From NCBI GenBank assembly GCA_964019425.1, contig OZ025782.1, positions 310,001-374,000 on the forward strand: 64,000 nt of DNA, in the 5' to 3' direction. The stretch comes from Flectonema sp. DT1601. Lineage: Eukaryota. Below, piece after piece: positions 1 through 11,362 of the stretch. The notes under the pieces were generated by a model that saw nothing but the letters and a program-made list of their open reading frames with translations, had not been told where the DNA came from and ran no database searches. Made by a program: the position numbers and the translations under genes. Position 1 is the first letter of the stretch. Each line of letters opens with the position of its first letter.

Positions 1-157
1 AAATCCATGTGTAATTTTATGTGCAAAAAAAATTAACACAAGATTCACACAACAAACAAAAAAAATATTATAAGTTGCCAAGACTTTTTCTTCTAACTTT
101 TTTTTTTTCCCCTTCCCTACTACAACCCTCTTTAGAATTGTAAAAAAGAGACCATCT

Positions 158-3100
158 TCACATAAACTGACACCCTCCCCTATCAGTTGGCTTATCAACG
201 GTTGGAACAGGCGGAGCATGACAAGCTTCCGTCACTCTTGGAAATACATCTCCAATGTGTTTATCAGATGCATCATCTCTTTGATAGAATAAGATGTAGG
301 CGCTGCTTGTTACGACTGCCTCTTCTGCTGTTTGAGTATTAAAACGAGTCGGGTGTATTGTTTGATGAGTGAGAACATCGTTGTACGTCCACCAAGTACC
401 AGTGTGATCAAGACGAACTTGGGAATAATAGTGTCCTGCAGTAGCTGAACCGATATGATTCAGCACTGCGTATAAAGTGTACGTGTGTTCTCCAATTTTT
501 AATCCTGACAACGGAAATTTAATAAATGTATTAAGTTTAGTTGTCGAGTAGCCATCAAAAGTGAATCTCTTCAACTGAATTACAAGAATCAAAGGAGATA
601 ATTTTATTTCTAATTTTTTCAAAGCAGCATCGTCTCTCTCGACATCTGACACAACAGTTGGTTGAAATGTTCCATTAAAGCTGAGTACAAACTCTGATTT
701 ATCCTTTAACGTAATCGCTGTTAGATTATCTAAAACTATTCCGTTTTCATCCATAAGAATCAATTCATTAGTTATCTGGATCGACTCTAAGTCATTAATC
801 TGAATACACCTTCTAACCGTTTTCCAAATCTCACCTTTGATCGCTTTTGGAGTTGTTTCAGTAAGACTTTTAATTATAAATGGATTCAGTTTTTTTGAAT
901 CACCCTTCACAACAACAGTATCAGCAATGGTGATTGCTATCAAAGTTTCATTCTCAGCAAGCATGGGAACGACCGTCGGAGATGTTAAATCTTTAAGCAT
1001 CGCATCACCAGGAACAATAAAGCCATTATCATCTTTTTCACTGTAGTCAACAACCATTAGATCCTCAACCTTCAACGGTCTTTGTTTGCATAAAGATTTT
1101 AACAAACCTCTGCTGGTACCTTCAGGAACTGATGCTTTCAATGTGATTGAATAGTCATTCGTCGTTAGGTAGAATTGCTGCTCAATGTAGTCACCACCGA
1201 GTTCCAAGTCTCGACTGCGACACTTTGAACAGTTGATTGAGATGTCTTCAGGTGTACTAAACTTTTCAAGACAAGAATCTAAAGTCGATCCATCCAGAAC
1301 TGGTGCTTGAACTTTTTCAAGTTCAAATTCTACATCAGCAGACCACACTGGTCGGTGTTCTTTGTGGAGAACACCATCATCCCAAACAATTGATATATGA
1401 CGCTCTGTTTTATTAGCACCTGGTAAATCATAGTCTAACACAACTTTACATCCAGTACAACTACCTAACCAACTACAATGCAAGCATCGTAGAGGATTGT
1501 TTGACTTAACATCTACAATATAAAAAGGTGTCGGTTTTAATGCCAACGAGTAGTCAGGAACCATCGTTTGAACTTCTTTCTTCAGTATGTCGTAGAGTCC
1601 TTTTAGTGTCAGTTGTTTGTCAGTAAAAAACGGTATCTGGATGATAAATGGTTTTCCCAAAAGCCGATTCTCCCCAGAAAACCTATGTGAAATATGCAAT
1701 GTCACTATTTTTTCACTATCAGAAAGTTTCTCGCTCATATAATAGATCGGTACTTCGAAACCTGCAGGATCGGCAAGATTAAATCTATGCGCTGGTACTT
1801 GTGACTGAGTAGATGCAATGCCGGATTTGTATAAAATTCGTCTGACGACAGAGAATTGAACTTGAGCGACTAAAACAGAGCAATTTGGGAACTTTTCAGC
1901 AACCACAACGGCTAAGTCGGAGATCAATTGTTTGTCACGAGGGACTGTCAGTCTCATTTTCTGATAGTTTCCTCCAATTTCTCGAATAATTACATCACAA
2001 TTAACATTTTTTGTATACGGAATAGGGAGTGATAAATGAGTGAAAGGTTCTGATGATTCCTGACTGTCTTCTTCAGGACCGCATCTCTTACACACAACTG
2101 AACTACCCAATTCACCAGTAAGTATATATGTCATCGCAGAGTTATGTTTTTGTAAGTATTGCTTCCAAGGATCAGTTTGAGGTGTTTGCTCTACTAATTT
2201 GGAATCTGTCGATCTATTCAGCTCTTCACCAAGACCATTTAGAAGAGTTTCTAAAGCCTCGTGAGCATCGTGTTGCTCACCTGCAGTAAAAGCTGAATAT
2301 TTTTTTGTAAATATTTCGTGAAAACTGCTCATGTCAACATATGGCTTACTCGGCGATGTACCTCGTAGTGCTTTGTTTGAGATGTGTTTTGAATTTATCC
2401 ATAAATCTGAAATAATGTTGTCGAACGAAACTGCCAATGAAATTGGATCCTTCGCAGCAGCTGGAGTCATATCATAAAGATATTGTCTTTTTAAGAAATA
2501 TTCTCGAAGTAGTCGGGTGTGACCCAGACATTGGATTCCTGAATTTAAAAAACAAGTATTACCAAGGTTATTTAATCCTATTAAACTGGATGAATGCGCC
2601 GCATGAACCCTGGTCACTATCCAAGCAACAGGAATTAGAGTAGATGATCGTTGTAGTTGAGTTGTTGGTTGTTGGTTTGATTTTTTTTGAACTGATTTTG
2701 GGGATGCGATATCCTCATCGATTTCTAACGCGATGACCAGTCCCCTACTTCGAACGATTGAACCTATGACTAGAGTTTGAGTTAAAGCTGATCTCTGACC
2801 TTGTCTGTGAACGTAGCACTCAATGGTATCACCGACACGTAGAGGAGACAGCTCGTAGGGAGCTTTGAAATCTTCGATGTCGGTTAGCTCCTGTTGAGAT
2901 TCTGTTGGTGATGACACCTCTGACATTTCAACGCTTTCTTCTTCTTCTTCGTCATTTTTTTTTTTTTTTTTTTTAGATTTTTTTTTCAATGACTCTTTCG
3001 GTCCATCGTTAAACATCATCTCTGGTTTTGGAACCTGCCATTTCGATGGCAACGCCAGGAGTTCATTTTTTTCATCTGAATTTTCATTTTTTGGAATTTT

Positions 3101-5284
3101 TACAACAATCATATTGTCGGATTCAGAGAATGATTTTATCATAACTTTTTGAATTGTGAAACTATAAGAAACACCTTGTTGCTGTTGCTGTTGTTTCTGA
3201 GGTACATACATCTCAAGCAACTGATCTAGTAGTGGTCTCTGTGTTGGAGCAGACACTAAAAAAGATTCAAGAGAAATCGAGACTTTCGCATCACCATAAA
3301 AAGTTTTATCATCTTCAAAACCTTGTATAATATCAAGTGCGGTGGTTCCTTTGCAAACTGCTGTTTGAATTCGTGTTTTCATTTCCGTTGATAAAGAAAA
3401 CAGGTGTGGATCTCCTTCAATAATTCCTGAAATCGTTTGATTTAAGTAAACGTCTTTCTCATATGTCTCATCCTCCTCATCACTCTTCTTCCTTGTTATC
3501 AACATAACAAAACGACATTTCATGTCCACCGGAAAAAAAACAGATTCTTGACTATTTTCAACGGGTTTCTTCCAAGGAGTGATTCTGATAGAAAGGTCAT
3601 AGGTTCCAACAGCAGATGGTGTTAAGTCTTTAAGCAACAGTTGGTCATCACATGAGATGCTACACGATCGTTCAATTACTTTGAATAAAGAACATGCTTG
3701 TGATTTTATTGAAGTTATTGGAGTCATTGTCGACCTGTGTATCCTCACAGAGGCAGTTCCGTATGAAATATGAACTGGGACAAGTGCCTGTTCTAGTTCA
3801 CCTGAGGGAAGCACGATTCGTTTTGCTGTAGCTATGGCATCGCCACCACCATACCAATATTTCAGAGCAATGTAAGAATCTTCATTAATCATGTGGTATC
3901 TTCCTTCAGGAAATTTTATTGTAGGTGCGATTTTTGGTATTCCTGGGGGTACTGATAGCATGCTTTGTCTAACACCTTCTGGAGGAATCCACTTTTCAAG
4001 CCAATAGTCTGGTAGGATGTACCAATTGATACCTATATCTCTGGATAGTCCACCTGAATAGACTGGATCTGATTTTAGTATTAAATTTACTTCGTCTTGC
4101 CGAAGACGAGGTTGAATTTGAAGACGCAGCATGACATCTGGTTTTGTAATAATATTTTTTATATTACACCAAGTTGAACTGTCAATGTCGGTTATAGAAC
4201 GTAAGCACTCCTCGAGTGAAAGGGTTCCAGAATTCGAAACGTCAATATCATTAAAAATACTATCAACATCAGAAGCAGAACATGATGTGCCATCTAATAA
4301 TTTTTTTAAATATTTTTTTGACAGCACACCATTCCCAGACAATCTACAATGCCTACCATGCAACAATGTTAACTGAGTCACCATATATGAATGCTCAACT
4401 TCAGTCAGCAACCCTGCATTATTTGGAGCATTGGGTGATGGAGGGCTAACATCTGGTATTGGCTTATTAGTTTCTATGTACATACTCAATGTTGATAGTC
4501 TTAATGCGTGCAGTGGTATTTCTAGAGTTTTAAAAACTTGAATGCAAGAGCTAATTTCAACCTCATCAGTGCCGTCGAATACCAATGTCGACAGCTTATC
4601 TGTAAATTCTTCTTCTGTGATGAATTTAGTATCATCATTTTGAACTGCGGAATTTTCAAATTTAAACACGTCGATCAACTTTGAACGTGAAATTTTAGGT
4701 GATGGTGTTTGCTGTATAATCGTCGATGGGGATTCTCTTTTCTTACAAAATCTACTTTTCAATATTGGAACCCAACTTATCATAGGTGACCGCGGTTTAT
4801 CTTTTGCCCATATACAAAACTCATCAACGGTTACAGGCTGATCAATGGTTTCTAGAGTACCACCACATTCTGGTGGAGTGCTTTCAAGAAGAGATGCAAC
4901 CCAAGTGAGTTCTCTGTGTGTGATTGGTTTTGATCGTTGTTGTACGTTTCTAGAGTGCTCTAACACTCTAAAAGCAAATTTCGCAGCTGTTTCTTCATCA
5001 GTCGATCGCAGTACTGCCGTTAGTTGCAAGAGAGAGTCTAATTTCATATCACCATCCTTGTCAGTTGCAGTCATGTTGTACATTCCGTCTGATATCGCAG
5101 TCGGTAAAAACGGAATACAATCTTCGCATATTCTTTTTTGAAACAACGTTGGTCCTACAGTGTTCCAATCTGACGGAGTAATCTCTTTAAATAAATCTGT
5201 TATCTCTCTAACTTCATCCTCACCAAGGAATGCTGTTGCTTCTGCCACTGTCATCCAATCACTGTTGCTTGACCCTGCTCCCAT
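158..5284 (-). CDS. USP32-like ubiquitin-specific protease (EF-hand, DUSP, split USP catalytic domain)
   Basis: Cys box GLNNLGNTCFLNSGIQCL, QHDAHE motif, His box YAVLNHIGSATAGHY. EF-hand-like DVSNSGTLSLEE and DUSP-like WYILPDYWLEKW. N-terminal MGAGSS and C-terminal CaaX-like CQFM. Confidence 0.9.
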   Translation of the reverse strand: MGAGSSNSDWMTVAEATAFLGEDEVREITDLFKEITPSDWNTVGPTLFQKRICEDCIPFLPTAISDGMYNMTATDKDGDMKLDSLLQLTAVLRSTDEETAAKFAFRVLEHSRNVQQRSKPITHRELTWVASLLESTPPECGGTLETIDQPVTVDEFCIWAKDKPRSPMISWVPILKSRFCKKRESPSTIIQQTPSPKISRSKLIDVFKFENSAVQNDDTKFITEEEFTDKLSTLVFDGTDEVEISSCIQVFKTLEIPLHALRLSTLSMYIETNKPIPDVSPPSPNAPNNAGLLTEVEHSYMVTQLTLLHGRHCRLSGNGVLSKKYLKKLLDGTSCSASDVDSIFNDIDVSNSGTLSLEECLRSITDIDSSTWCNIKNIITKPDVMLRLQIQPRLRQDEVNLILKSDPVYSGGLSRDIGINWYILPDYWLEKWIPPEGVRQSMLSVPPGIPKIAPTIKFPEGRYHMINEDSYIALKYWYGGGDAIATAKRIVLPSGELEQALVPVHISYGTASVRIHRSTMTPITSIKSQACSLFKVIERSCSISCDDQLLLKDLTPSAVGTYDLSIRITPWKKPVENSQESVFFPVDMKCRFVMLITRKKSDEEDETYEKDVYLNQTISGIIEGDPHLFSLSTEMKTRIQTAVCKGTTALDIIQGFEDDKTFYGDAKVSISLESFLVSAPTQRPLLDQLLEMYVPQKQQQQQQGVSYSFTIQKVMIKSFSESDNMIVVKIPKNENSDEKNELLALPSKWQVPKPEMMFNDGPKESLKKKSKKKKKKNDEEEEESVEMSEVSSPTESQQELTDIEDFKAPYELSPLRVGDTIECYVHRQGQRSALTQTLVIGSIVRSRGLVIALEIDEDIASPKSVQKKSNQQPTTQLQRSSTLIPVAWIVTRVHAAHSSSLIGLNNLGNTCFLNSGIQCLGHTRLLREYFLKRQYLYDMTPAAAKDPISLAVSFDNIISDLWINSKHISNKALRGTSPSKPYVDMSSFHEIFTKKYSAFTAGEQHDAHEALETLLNGLGEELNRSTDSKLVEQTPQTDPWKQYLQKHNSAMTYILTGELGSSVVCKRCGPEEDSQESSEPFTHLSLPIPYTKNVNCDVIIREIGGNYQKMRLTVPRDKQLISDLAVVVAEKFPNCSVLVAQVQFSVVRRILYKSGIASTQSQVPAHRFNLADPAGFEVPIYYMSEKLSDSEKIVTLHISHRFSGENRLLGKPFIIQIPFFTDKQLTLKGLYDILKKEVQTMVPDYSLALKPTPFYIVDVKSNNPLRCLHCSWLGSCTGCKVVLDYDLPGANKTERHISIVWDDGVLHKEHRPVWSADVEFELEKVQAPVLDGSTLDSCLEKFSTPEDISINCSKCRSRDLELGGDYIEQQFYLTTNDYSITLKASVPEGTSRGLLKSLCKQRPLKVEDLMVVDYSEKDDNGFIVPGDAMLKDLTSPTVVPMLAENETLIAITIADTVVVKGDSKKLNPFIIKSLTETTPKAIKGEIWKTVRRCIQINDLESIQITNELILMDENGIVLDNLTAITLKDKSEFVLSFNGTFQPTVVSDVERDDAALKKLEIKLSPLILVIQLKRFTFDGYSTTKLNTFIKFPLSGLKIGEHTYTLYAVLNHIGSATAGHYYSQVRLDHTGTWWTYNDVLTHQTIHPTRFNTQTAEEAVVTSSAYILFYQRDDASDKHIGDVFPRVTEACHAPPVPTVDKPTDRGGCQFM

Positions 5285-5478
5285 TTTTTTTTTATAACCA
5301 CCCTAATAAGATACATTATTAAGATTAGTTCATTTTTGCTTTTAACCATGCAAACCAAGCATGTGAACTAGTTGGAAGGAATACAAAAAAAACTCAACCA
5401 AAAAAAAAGTGTAAATAACGTTACCGTAAAAACGAGTGTAGGTTTTTGTTTCGTTAAGCGAGTGTAACAGCAAAGAAA

Positions 5479-6264
5479 TTAGTCTTTAATCGGAGGTAAG
5501 TCGGGATCTTTTCTCTCGACGAATGTGTGTGACCCCTCATCAAGCTCTCTATTAACAACAAACGATACAATTAACATAAAAACTACATCCATTCCTTTAA
5601 AACAAACAGTTTGATACTTTGCTGGAACTAATAAAAAAACTGGAATATCAGCCGGTATCGAAAGCGCCATAGCACCGAAATATAACAGCGGAAAATCAGA
5701 TTTTATCCTGGTTGAGAGATGCTTTCGAGTTGGGTTTTGTAGCAAGGCGTTGGCAGCAATTGAAACAAAGGAGACTACACCACCATAAACAATAATATCC
5801 CATAATATTTTATGGGTCATTTGATTAGCCGTAAGCGAACCAACGTGACCAGGTACGATAAGGGGAAGCAATACGTAATACCAAGTAAAACTGAGAGGGT
5901 CAAAAACCAAACCAGCAACAGTCATCATTCTCAATGTCCTTTTTGAAGTAAATTGCTGCTCATAAACTTCAATTTCATCATCGTAGACTCTGAACTCTAT
6001 GTCGTCAATTCTCATTAAGAAACTATTTTCTTCAACTTTTATTATTACCCCGTGGGATCCAACGTCAACTTCAACTCCTCCAATCTCTTTTCGCAATAAT
6101 ACCAAGTCTCCATTTTTATAACTGTTTTTATTATCATCATCCGATCTTTTATTTTGTTTTTTACGTTTCAAACACATCTCCACATGCTGAGTACTAATGT
6201 CACCTATTGCTGCGATTCCTGCAGCTGCAGCCATATTTAACAACAGTAGTTCAATGAAAGGCAT
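5479..6264 (-). CDS. Mpv17/PMP22-family membrane protein with an inserted soluble segment
   Basis: GDISTQ, KRTLRMM, KILWD and FLLVPAKYQ resemble Mpv17/PMP22 motifs; hydrophobic helices. Confidence 0.75.
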   Translation of the reverse strand: MPFIELLLLNMAAAAGIAAIGDISTQHVEMCLKRKKQNKRSDDDNKNSYKNGDLVLLRKEIGGVEVDVGSHGVIIKVEENSFLMRIDDIEFRVYDDEIEVYEQQFTSKRTLRMMTVAGLVFDPLSFTWYYVLLPLIVPGHVGSLTANQMTHKILWDIIVYGGVVSFVSIAANALLQNPTRKHLSTRIKSDFPLLYFGAMALSIPADIPVFLLVPAKYQTVCFKGMDVVFMLIVSFVVNRELDEGSHTFVERKDPDLPPIKD

Positions 6265-7807
6265 TTTTTTTTTTTTTTATATATTTTTTTTCTTGGTGTG
6301 ATTAACTGAAATAATTTAAAACAAAAAAAAAAAAAAAAAATCAGAAATATAAATGTCACGTTATTCAACATTAATCGTCACAAAAGATAAACCACAATCA
6401 CATACACACTGTTTTTTTCATTCCTGTTTGAAAAAAAAAAAATGATAATGTTACACACCTGAATGAAGCATGCAATCCCTCAACGAGCTGGGTAAGGTTT
6501 TGCTTTTTTCTTCTTCTTTCTTTTTTTTTTTTCTTTCTTTTCATTTTTTTTTTTCTTTTCTTTTTGTGGGAATGAATGAGCTACTAACGGGGTGTACTTC
6601 ACCAAGGCAATTCAACAACATCTGCAGACTAAGAGCCGCAGCAGTCGTTAACACGAATGAGACATCGCCTCAGAACCCCGCTAGAAACAGGTAAATGGAT
6701 GACAACATAATTGTTTGTTTGGGTAAAAGAGAATAGAAACTTAAAAATAAGAGGGTCAGGGGACTCCATTCAGCAGAGGCAATGAACCACAAAGAAATAA
6801 AATGATACAAAAAAAAAGCGGGCAACAGTGAACCGTCACCATCGAGTATGATACACACACGCAGCAGAAAATCTTGGTGGGAAAAAAAAAAAAAAAAAAA
6901 AAAAAACTAGAATTTTTTTTTTCCCCCCTTTTTTTTCTTAATTCAAGAAAAACCAAGAGTCCAAGAGCATGGGGAGATTGGGCTAGGACAAGTGCAAATA
7001 GCAGGGGGAAAACAAAAAAAAACACAACTTCAAAAAAAAAAGAGTGGTTTTTTTTTTTTTTTTTTTTCCTTCTTCTTCTTCCGAGCAAGTGAAGCCGAGC
7101 TTCGAAATTGCGCAGAATTAATTTCCCTTTGAAACCTCGTTCGCTGGTCCTATACATTCGCTTTCTCGTAACGAACGTACGCACTAACGAACAGTTATTA
7201 AATTAAAAAAACCTGTATCGGATGATTTTCAGAGAACTGGAGGGAGAAAGAAAAAAAAAGAGAAAATAAAAAACAGAAAATAAGTAACTAAAGAAGTGCT
7301 AAAAACTATTTTCCCCTCTGCCCGAATTTTACTTTTTTACTTTTATTATTACTATTATTTTTTCCGTCACCCGTTCCTGGGGAAAGGGAAGCATTTGCAG
7401 GGCGTTGGCGAGCGGTTTCCACGCTCAACAAACTGCACCAAACCTAAACAAGAAAAAAATAAAGGAAAAGTGGGAGAAAAAGAAATACGGTGGAAAGGGT
7501 ACAAATCAAAAAAAAAAAAAAAAAATACGGACAGTGCCCAACTCACTTTCTAAGGCAATATATTAATATGGCATGTAGAGGTGCTTTTTTTTTTTTTTTT
7601 TTCTCCTCTAAAGAGCTAAAATTTGTAATAACAAACACCAAAAAATTCAATTTCCTTATGAGGCTAAAAAATGCAACAGAGACAACGCAAACTAATGCTT
7701 GTGACTTTTGGAAGCCCTTTTTTAAAAATTTCTTTTTTTTTTTTTTTTTTTTTTTTCCCCTCCCCATCATTGCTGCCTCTTACAGGCAGAGAAGTCTCCC
7801 AGTCATA

Positions 7808-8236
7808 AAAAACCGTTCAGTTAAAGCCTTATATATTTCGTTGAACGCAGACAGAATCCTGTCGTACGGAGAAAAATAAATTCATGACCATAGGAAATAA
7901 CAGCTTTTTCAATCTGAATAGTTTTTTCTTCGATTATGTCGGTACAAAAAAAAAAACTGATTTCTCAATCTGAAATAATAATACGACAATCAAGTGATCA
8001 AAACAATAAAAAAAACACAAAGACAAACGGGAGAAACTAATCGAAGAGTGTGCTTACATTCTTCTTCTTCTTCTTTTTTTTTTTTTTTTTTTTACACCGA
8101 CGAAGTCAGAGAAGAAACTATTCAAGACTAAGATCCTTTTTTTCTTCTTTATTATGTTAGTGTAATCCATTTCCCTGTGCGCCAGTTATACTGTCTGCAA
8201 ACAATGAAATAATAAGGCTTTTATCTGAATGGTTTT
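7808..8236. repeat. Repeat family C: two diverged copies in inverted orientation (about 7808-7946 and 8095-8236)
   Basis: 7808-7946 aligns with 44130-44257 and 55739-55846. 8095-8236 aligns with its reverse complement (gaagaaactattca...ctgtctgc...aaggcttt). Confidence 0.75.
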
Positions 8237-8945
8237 TTTTTTTTTTTTTTTTTTTCCTCCTTCCCTCCCCTTCTTTTTTATTTGCATGCTGCGTAACAGA
8301 CTTTGATCTTCAAATCAATTTTTTTTTTTTTTTTCCCTTTCCCTCAGATGACCACATTCGATATAGGACAACTAAACAAAAAAAAAAAAAAAAAAAAAAA
8401 AAAGTGACGATTAACTTAACCAAGTCAACTTACAACAGCTTACAGACCAAACTTTAAAAAAAAAAAAAAAAAAAAATAGAAATAGAAATAGAAATGGAAA
8501 TAAATCATAAAATAAGAACTAGGCACTAACGTCAAATAAGCTATAGAGACAGAAAATTTCGAAGAGGGATAAAAACGAAGGAAGAAAGAAGAAAAAAGAA
8601 AAAAAAAAGAAATCAATGAGGGGGGTTTGGATAAATAAATAGAGAGGGGGATTTTTTATTTCAATAAAATAGTACAAAAGATGCTGTACTTTTTTTTTAT
8701 TCTTTTATTTTTTATAAAATTAACTCAACACACACACCCCACATGATAAGTTTCTTTTTTTGTTTTGTGTCACAAAAACACGTTAACCGACTTAGACTGA
8801 GAAAAGCTAAAAGGAAATTCCCAACATTTCCTTTTTTTTTTTAGCTCTTAATAATAATAATACTTGTTAAAATGCAAAAAAAAAAAAAATAAATAAAAAC
8901 TGTCCGACTAGTGTTGCCTGTGTGCCAGACCATAAAAAAATAGAA

Positions 8946-8983
<38 letters not shown>

Positions 8984-9147
8984 AAGGTAAGGGAAAAAGG
9001 AGGTTTCGAAAAAAGATTTTGAACGGAGAGGGGATTTGTGTGGGTAAATACAGATTTATTTTATATAAGTTTTTTTTTTTTTTTTAAACCAGGCAACGGA
9101 ACGGAGTAATAACGATCTTTATAAAACGTGACTTGCCAGTCTTCTAA

Positions 9148-9897
9148 TCAGTCATTGATGACACGCCATCCCTGACCTGGAGCATAGCAGTAGCATGCAA
9201 GCATGATCTTTGCTGATCGGGTCACAAATGAGCAGGTTTTCCCAAGAACTGGTGTTCCATTCAGCACTATAAAAATTTGAACAGATACCTCGTACTGTCC
9301 TTCGGCATCAAGAGTAGAGTTGGTTACGAAATCAAGAACAGAGCCATTTTCCATTCTGTGTGATGCAAGTTCAGGATTTTCCCATTGAACTGTTCCTTTT
9401 TCTCCAATTGAGACTTGTGCCATTTCATTGAATCCACGACCGGCTTTGATACCTTCAGCAGTGACGCCTATACTGGTTGTCCATGAAGGTTCGTATGTAC
9501 ATTGAACTCTGAATCGATGAGATGATCCACTCGGTTTTAACGGCACTAATGGAGTCGTGTGCGCATCCCAATTCTTTGTTCCTGAATTCTTATTTATGAT
9601 AACTGTGTTGTTTTCTTTAAAACACGCTTCCATATCTTCTCCTTCAAAGCGTCTCCACGTCAACATAACTGGTTTCGGTGATAAGTCAAGTAGGTCTTCA
9701 TTTCCTAAACCAATATCACAGAGCTCAGAATCTCTGTCTAATATCGTCCCATTTAATTCCAGATTGCATCTGTATATGTCAACTCCGGTTGACGAAAGCT
9801 CCTGAAACACTGAGTCAACGGTACCTTCACTATCTACTTCTACTGAATGAATGTCCCCGTTAGGTTCTCGTGTAAAGAGTTGAATTGTGCCTGCCAT
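9148..9897 (-). CDS. Protein with N-terminal ubiquitin-like domain and beta-rich C-terminal domain
   Basis: Start moved to MAGTIQLF (ATG at 9897) because the upstream ORF part is poly-T. LELNGTILDRDSELCDIGLGNEDLLDL resembles a Ubl fold. Confidence 0.7.
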   Translation of the reverse strand: MAGTIQLFTREPNGDIHSVEVDSEGTVDSVFQELSSTGVDIYRCNLELNGTILDRDSELCDIGLGNEDLLDLSPKPVMLTWRRFEGEDMEACFKENNTVIINKNSGTKNWDAHTTPLVPLKPSGSSHRFRVQCTYEPSWTTSIGVTAEGIKAGRGFNEMAQVSIGEKGTVQWENPELASHRMENGSVLDFVTNSTLDAEGQYEVSVQIFIVLNGTPVLGKTCSFVTRSAKIMLACYCYAPGQGWRVIND

Positions 9898-10074
9898 TAT
9901 TTTTTTGTTCTGTATATAACTTGTAGCTGAGGGGCTGTTTAAAAAAAAAAAAAAAAAAAATGTCATTTTTTTCTACTAAAAGAAAACCATCATTAAAAAA
10001 AACACAATTAATTAAAACCAGATCAGATCTTAGTAGCATGAAGAGCTGGAAAGCTCTGTGCTGTAAATAATAGA

Positions 10075-11235
10075 TTAAGCCGCTGGCTGAGGTTGTGGGA
10101 TCGTACTTCGTGAATCGGGTGCCATGTTTTCAAACAATTCTCTTCCGTGAAGTTCGATCCATTTTTTACTTCGTCTCGGAAATCCAGAAGGAGGGCCTAC
10201 CGGTAATAAGGCTTCCATCCGTTGACGATGCCGATCCTTCTTCTCTTCAGCATTTCTAGCAAGCCGTTCAGCAAAAGATTGCTGCGCTTCTTTTGTAAGT
10301 CTCTTGCGAGGATTCTCAGCAGTAAATTGAGTGCTCAGTCTTTCCGCTAATTCCGATGCTTTTTTATTCTCATCATAAAACATTCGCTCTATAAAGTCAC
10401 GTTCTTCCTGGTATGTAAGTCTTGATTTTGGAATTACGCTGAGCCTTTCTAATTTTTCTTTTCGCTGTTTCATTCGAATATCATAATCATAATGAAGACG
10501 TCTCACCATCATCCCTTGTTGGTCTTTGTCTAGTTTTATTATTTTAGCTGGAAATGCAATGTCCCAAAGCCTTTCCAATCTTGATCGTTCAGCTGTCAGT
10601 TGATTACATAAAATATCAGACGACGGTACTGTCTTTCCTTTTTGTGATTTCTTTGGAGGATGAGGTACCACATCATGATTTTTATATGTCTTCCGTTTCC
10701 AATCTCCAGGTGAAACAATGTAACCCAACGATTGCAATAGAGAATATTCACTTCCACAGGAGGCTGAGACTCTGCAAATATTCATTGTAGCATTTCCACT
10801 GACTGGGAGGGAGTCTTGTCTGATGCTGCAATACCGAAGTGTCAATGGGACCATTCCAGGAATGTGATTTGAGTGAATGTATCCAAGAAGACAAACAGAT
10901 GAATAATTACTTCCATTCAACTGGCTTAATTGACTGTGAATACATAAACTGCTGTCGTCGTGAGTATCAGAGTAGGTTAGGTACAGTCCCTCAGAATAAC
11001 GAATATCAGGCGATTTACTTATCATTCCCACCTCACATATTAAGACGTAGCCTTTTTCATCTTCATTTTTAGTACCAACCCTGTGATCCCTCTTGTCAGC
11101 ATTCCAAAATAAATAAATACTTTCATAACCGGCAGACTTTGAACGTCGTTTCTCAGCTAGTTTGAAGCGAGCGGTTTTTTGACGAGCAGCTTTTTGGATT
11201 CTGGTTGCAGCTTGGTCGGGTTCTAGGGGAGGCAT
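10075..11235 (-). CDS. IQ-motif protein of unknown function
   Basis: 386-aa ORF; AATRIQKAARQKTAR fits the IQ consensus; helical C-terminus. Confidence 0.7.
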   Translation of the reverse strand: MPPLEPDQAATRIQKAARQKTARFKLAEKRRSKSAGYESIYLFWNADKRDHRVGTKNEDEKGYVLICEVGMISKSPDIRYSEGLYLTYSDTHDDSSLCIHSQLSQLNGSNYSSVCLLGYIHSNHIPGMVPLTLRYCSIRQDSLPVSGNATMNICRVSASCGSEYSLLQSLGYIVSPGDWKRKTYKNHDVVPHPPKKSQKGKTVPSSDILCNQLTAERSRLERLWDIAFPAKIIKLDKDQQGMMVRRLHYDYDIRMKQRKEKLERLSVIPKSRLTYQEERDFIERMFYDENKKASELAERLSTQFTAENPRKRLTKEAQQSFAERLARNAEEKKDRHRQRMEALLPVGPPSGFPRRSKKWIELHGRELFENMAPDSRSTIPQPQPAA

Positions 11236-11362
11236 CGTTTGCTGTTAACAGAAAAAGAATAAATTAAAAATCTCAACTAAACAAAAAAAACAACAACATA
11301 AAATTACAGTGTTGACCACCATTCTCGAATACAATAATCTACGCAAAGTAAGAGCAGCGTTG

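Noticed and set aside
6450..6685. Possible micro-exons (CAG...GT boundaries) on the minus strand
   Set aside because: Stops in all frames of the larger segment and no coherent product.
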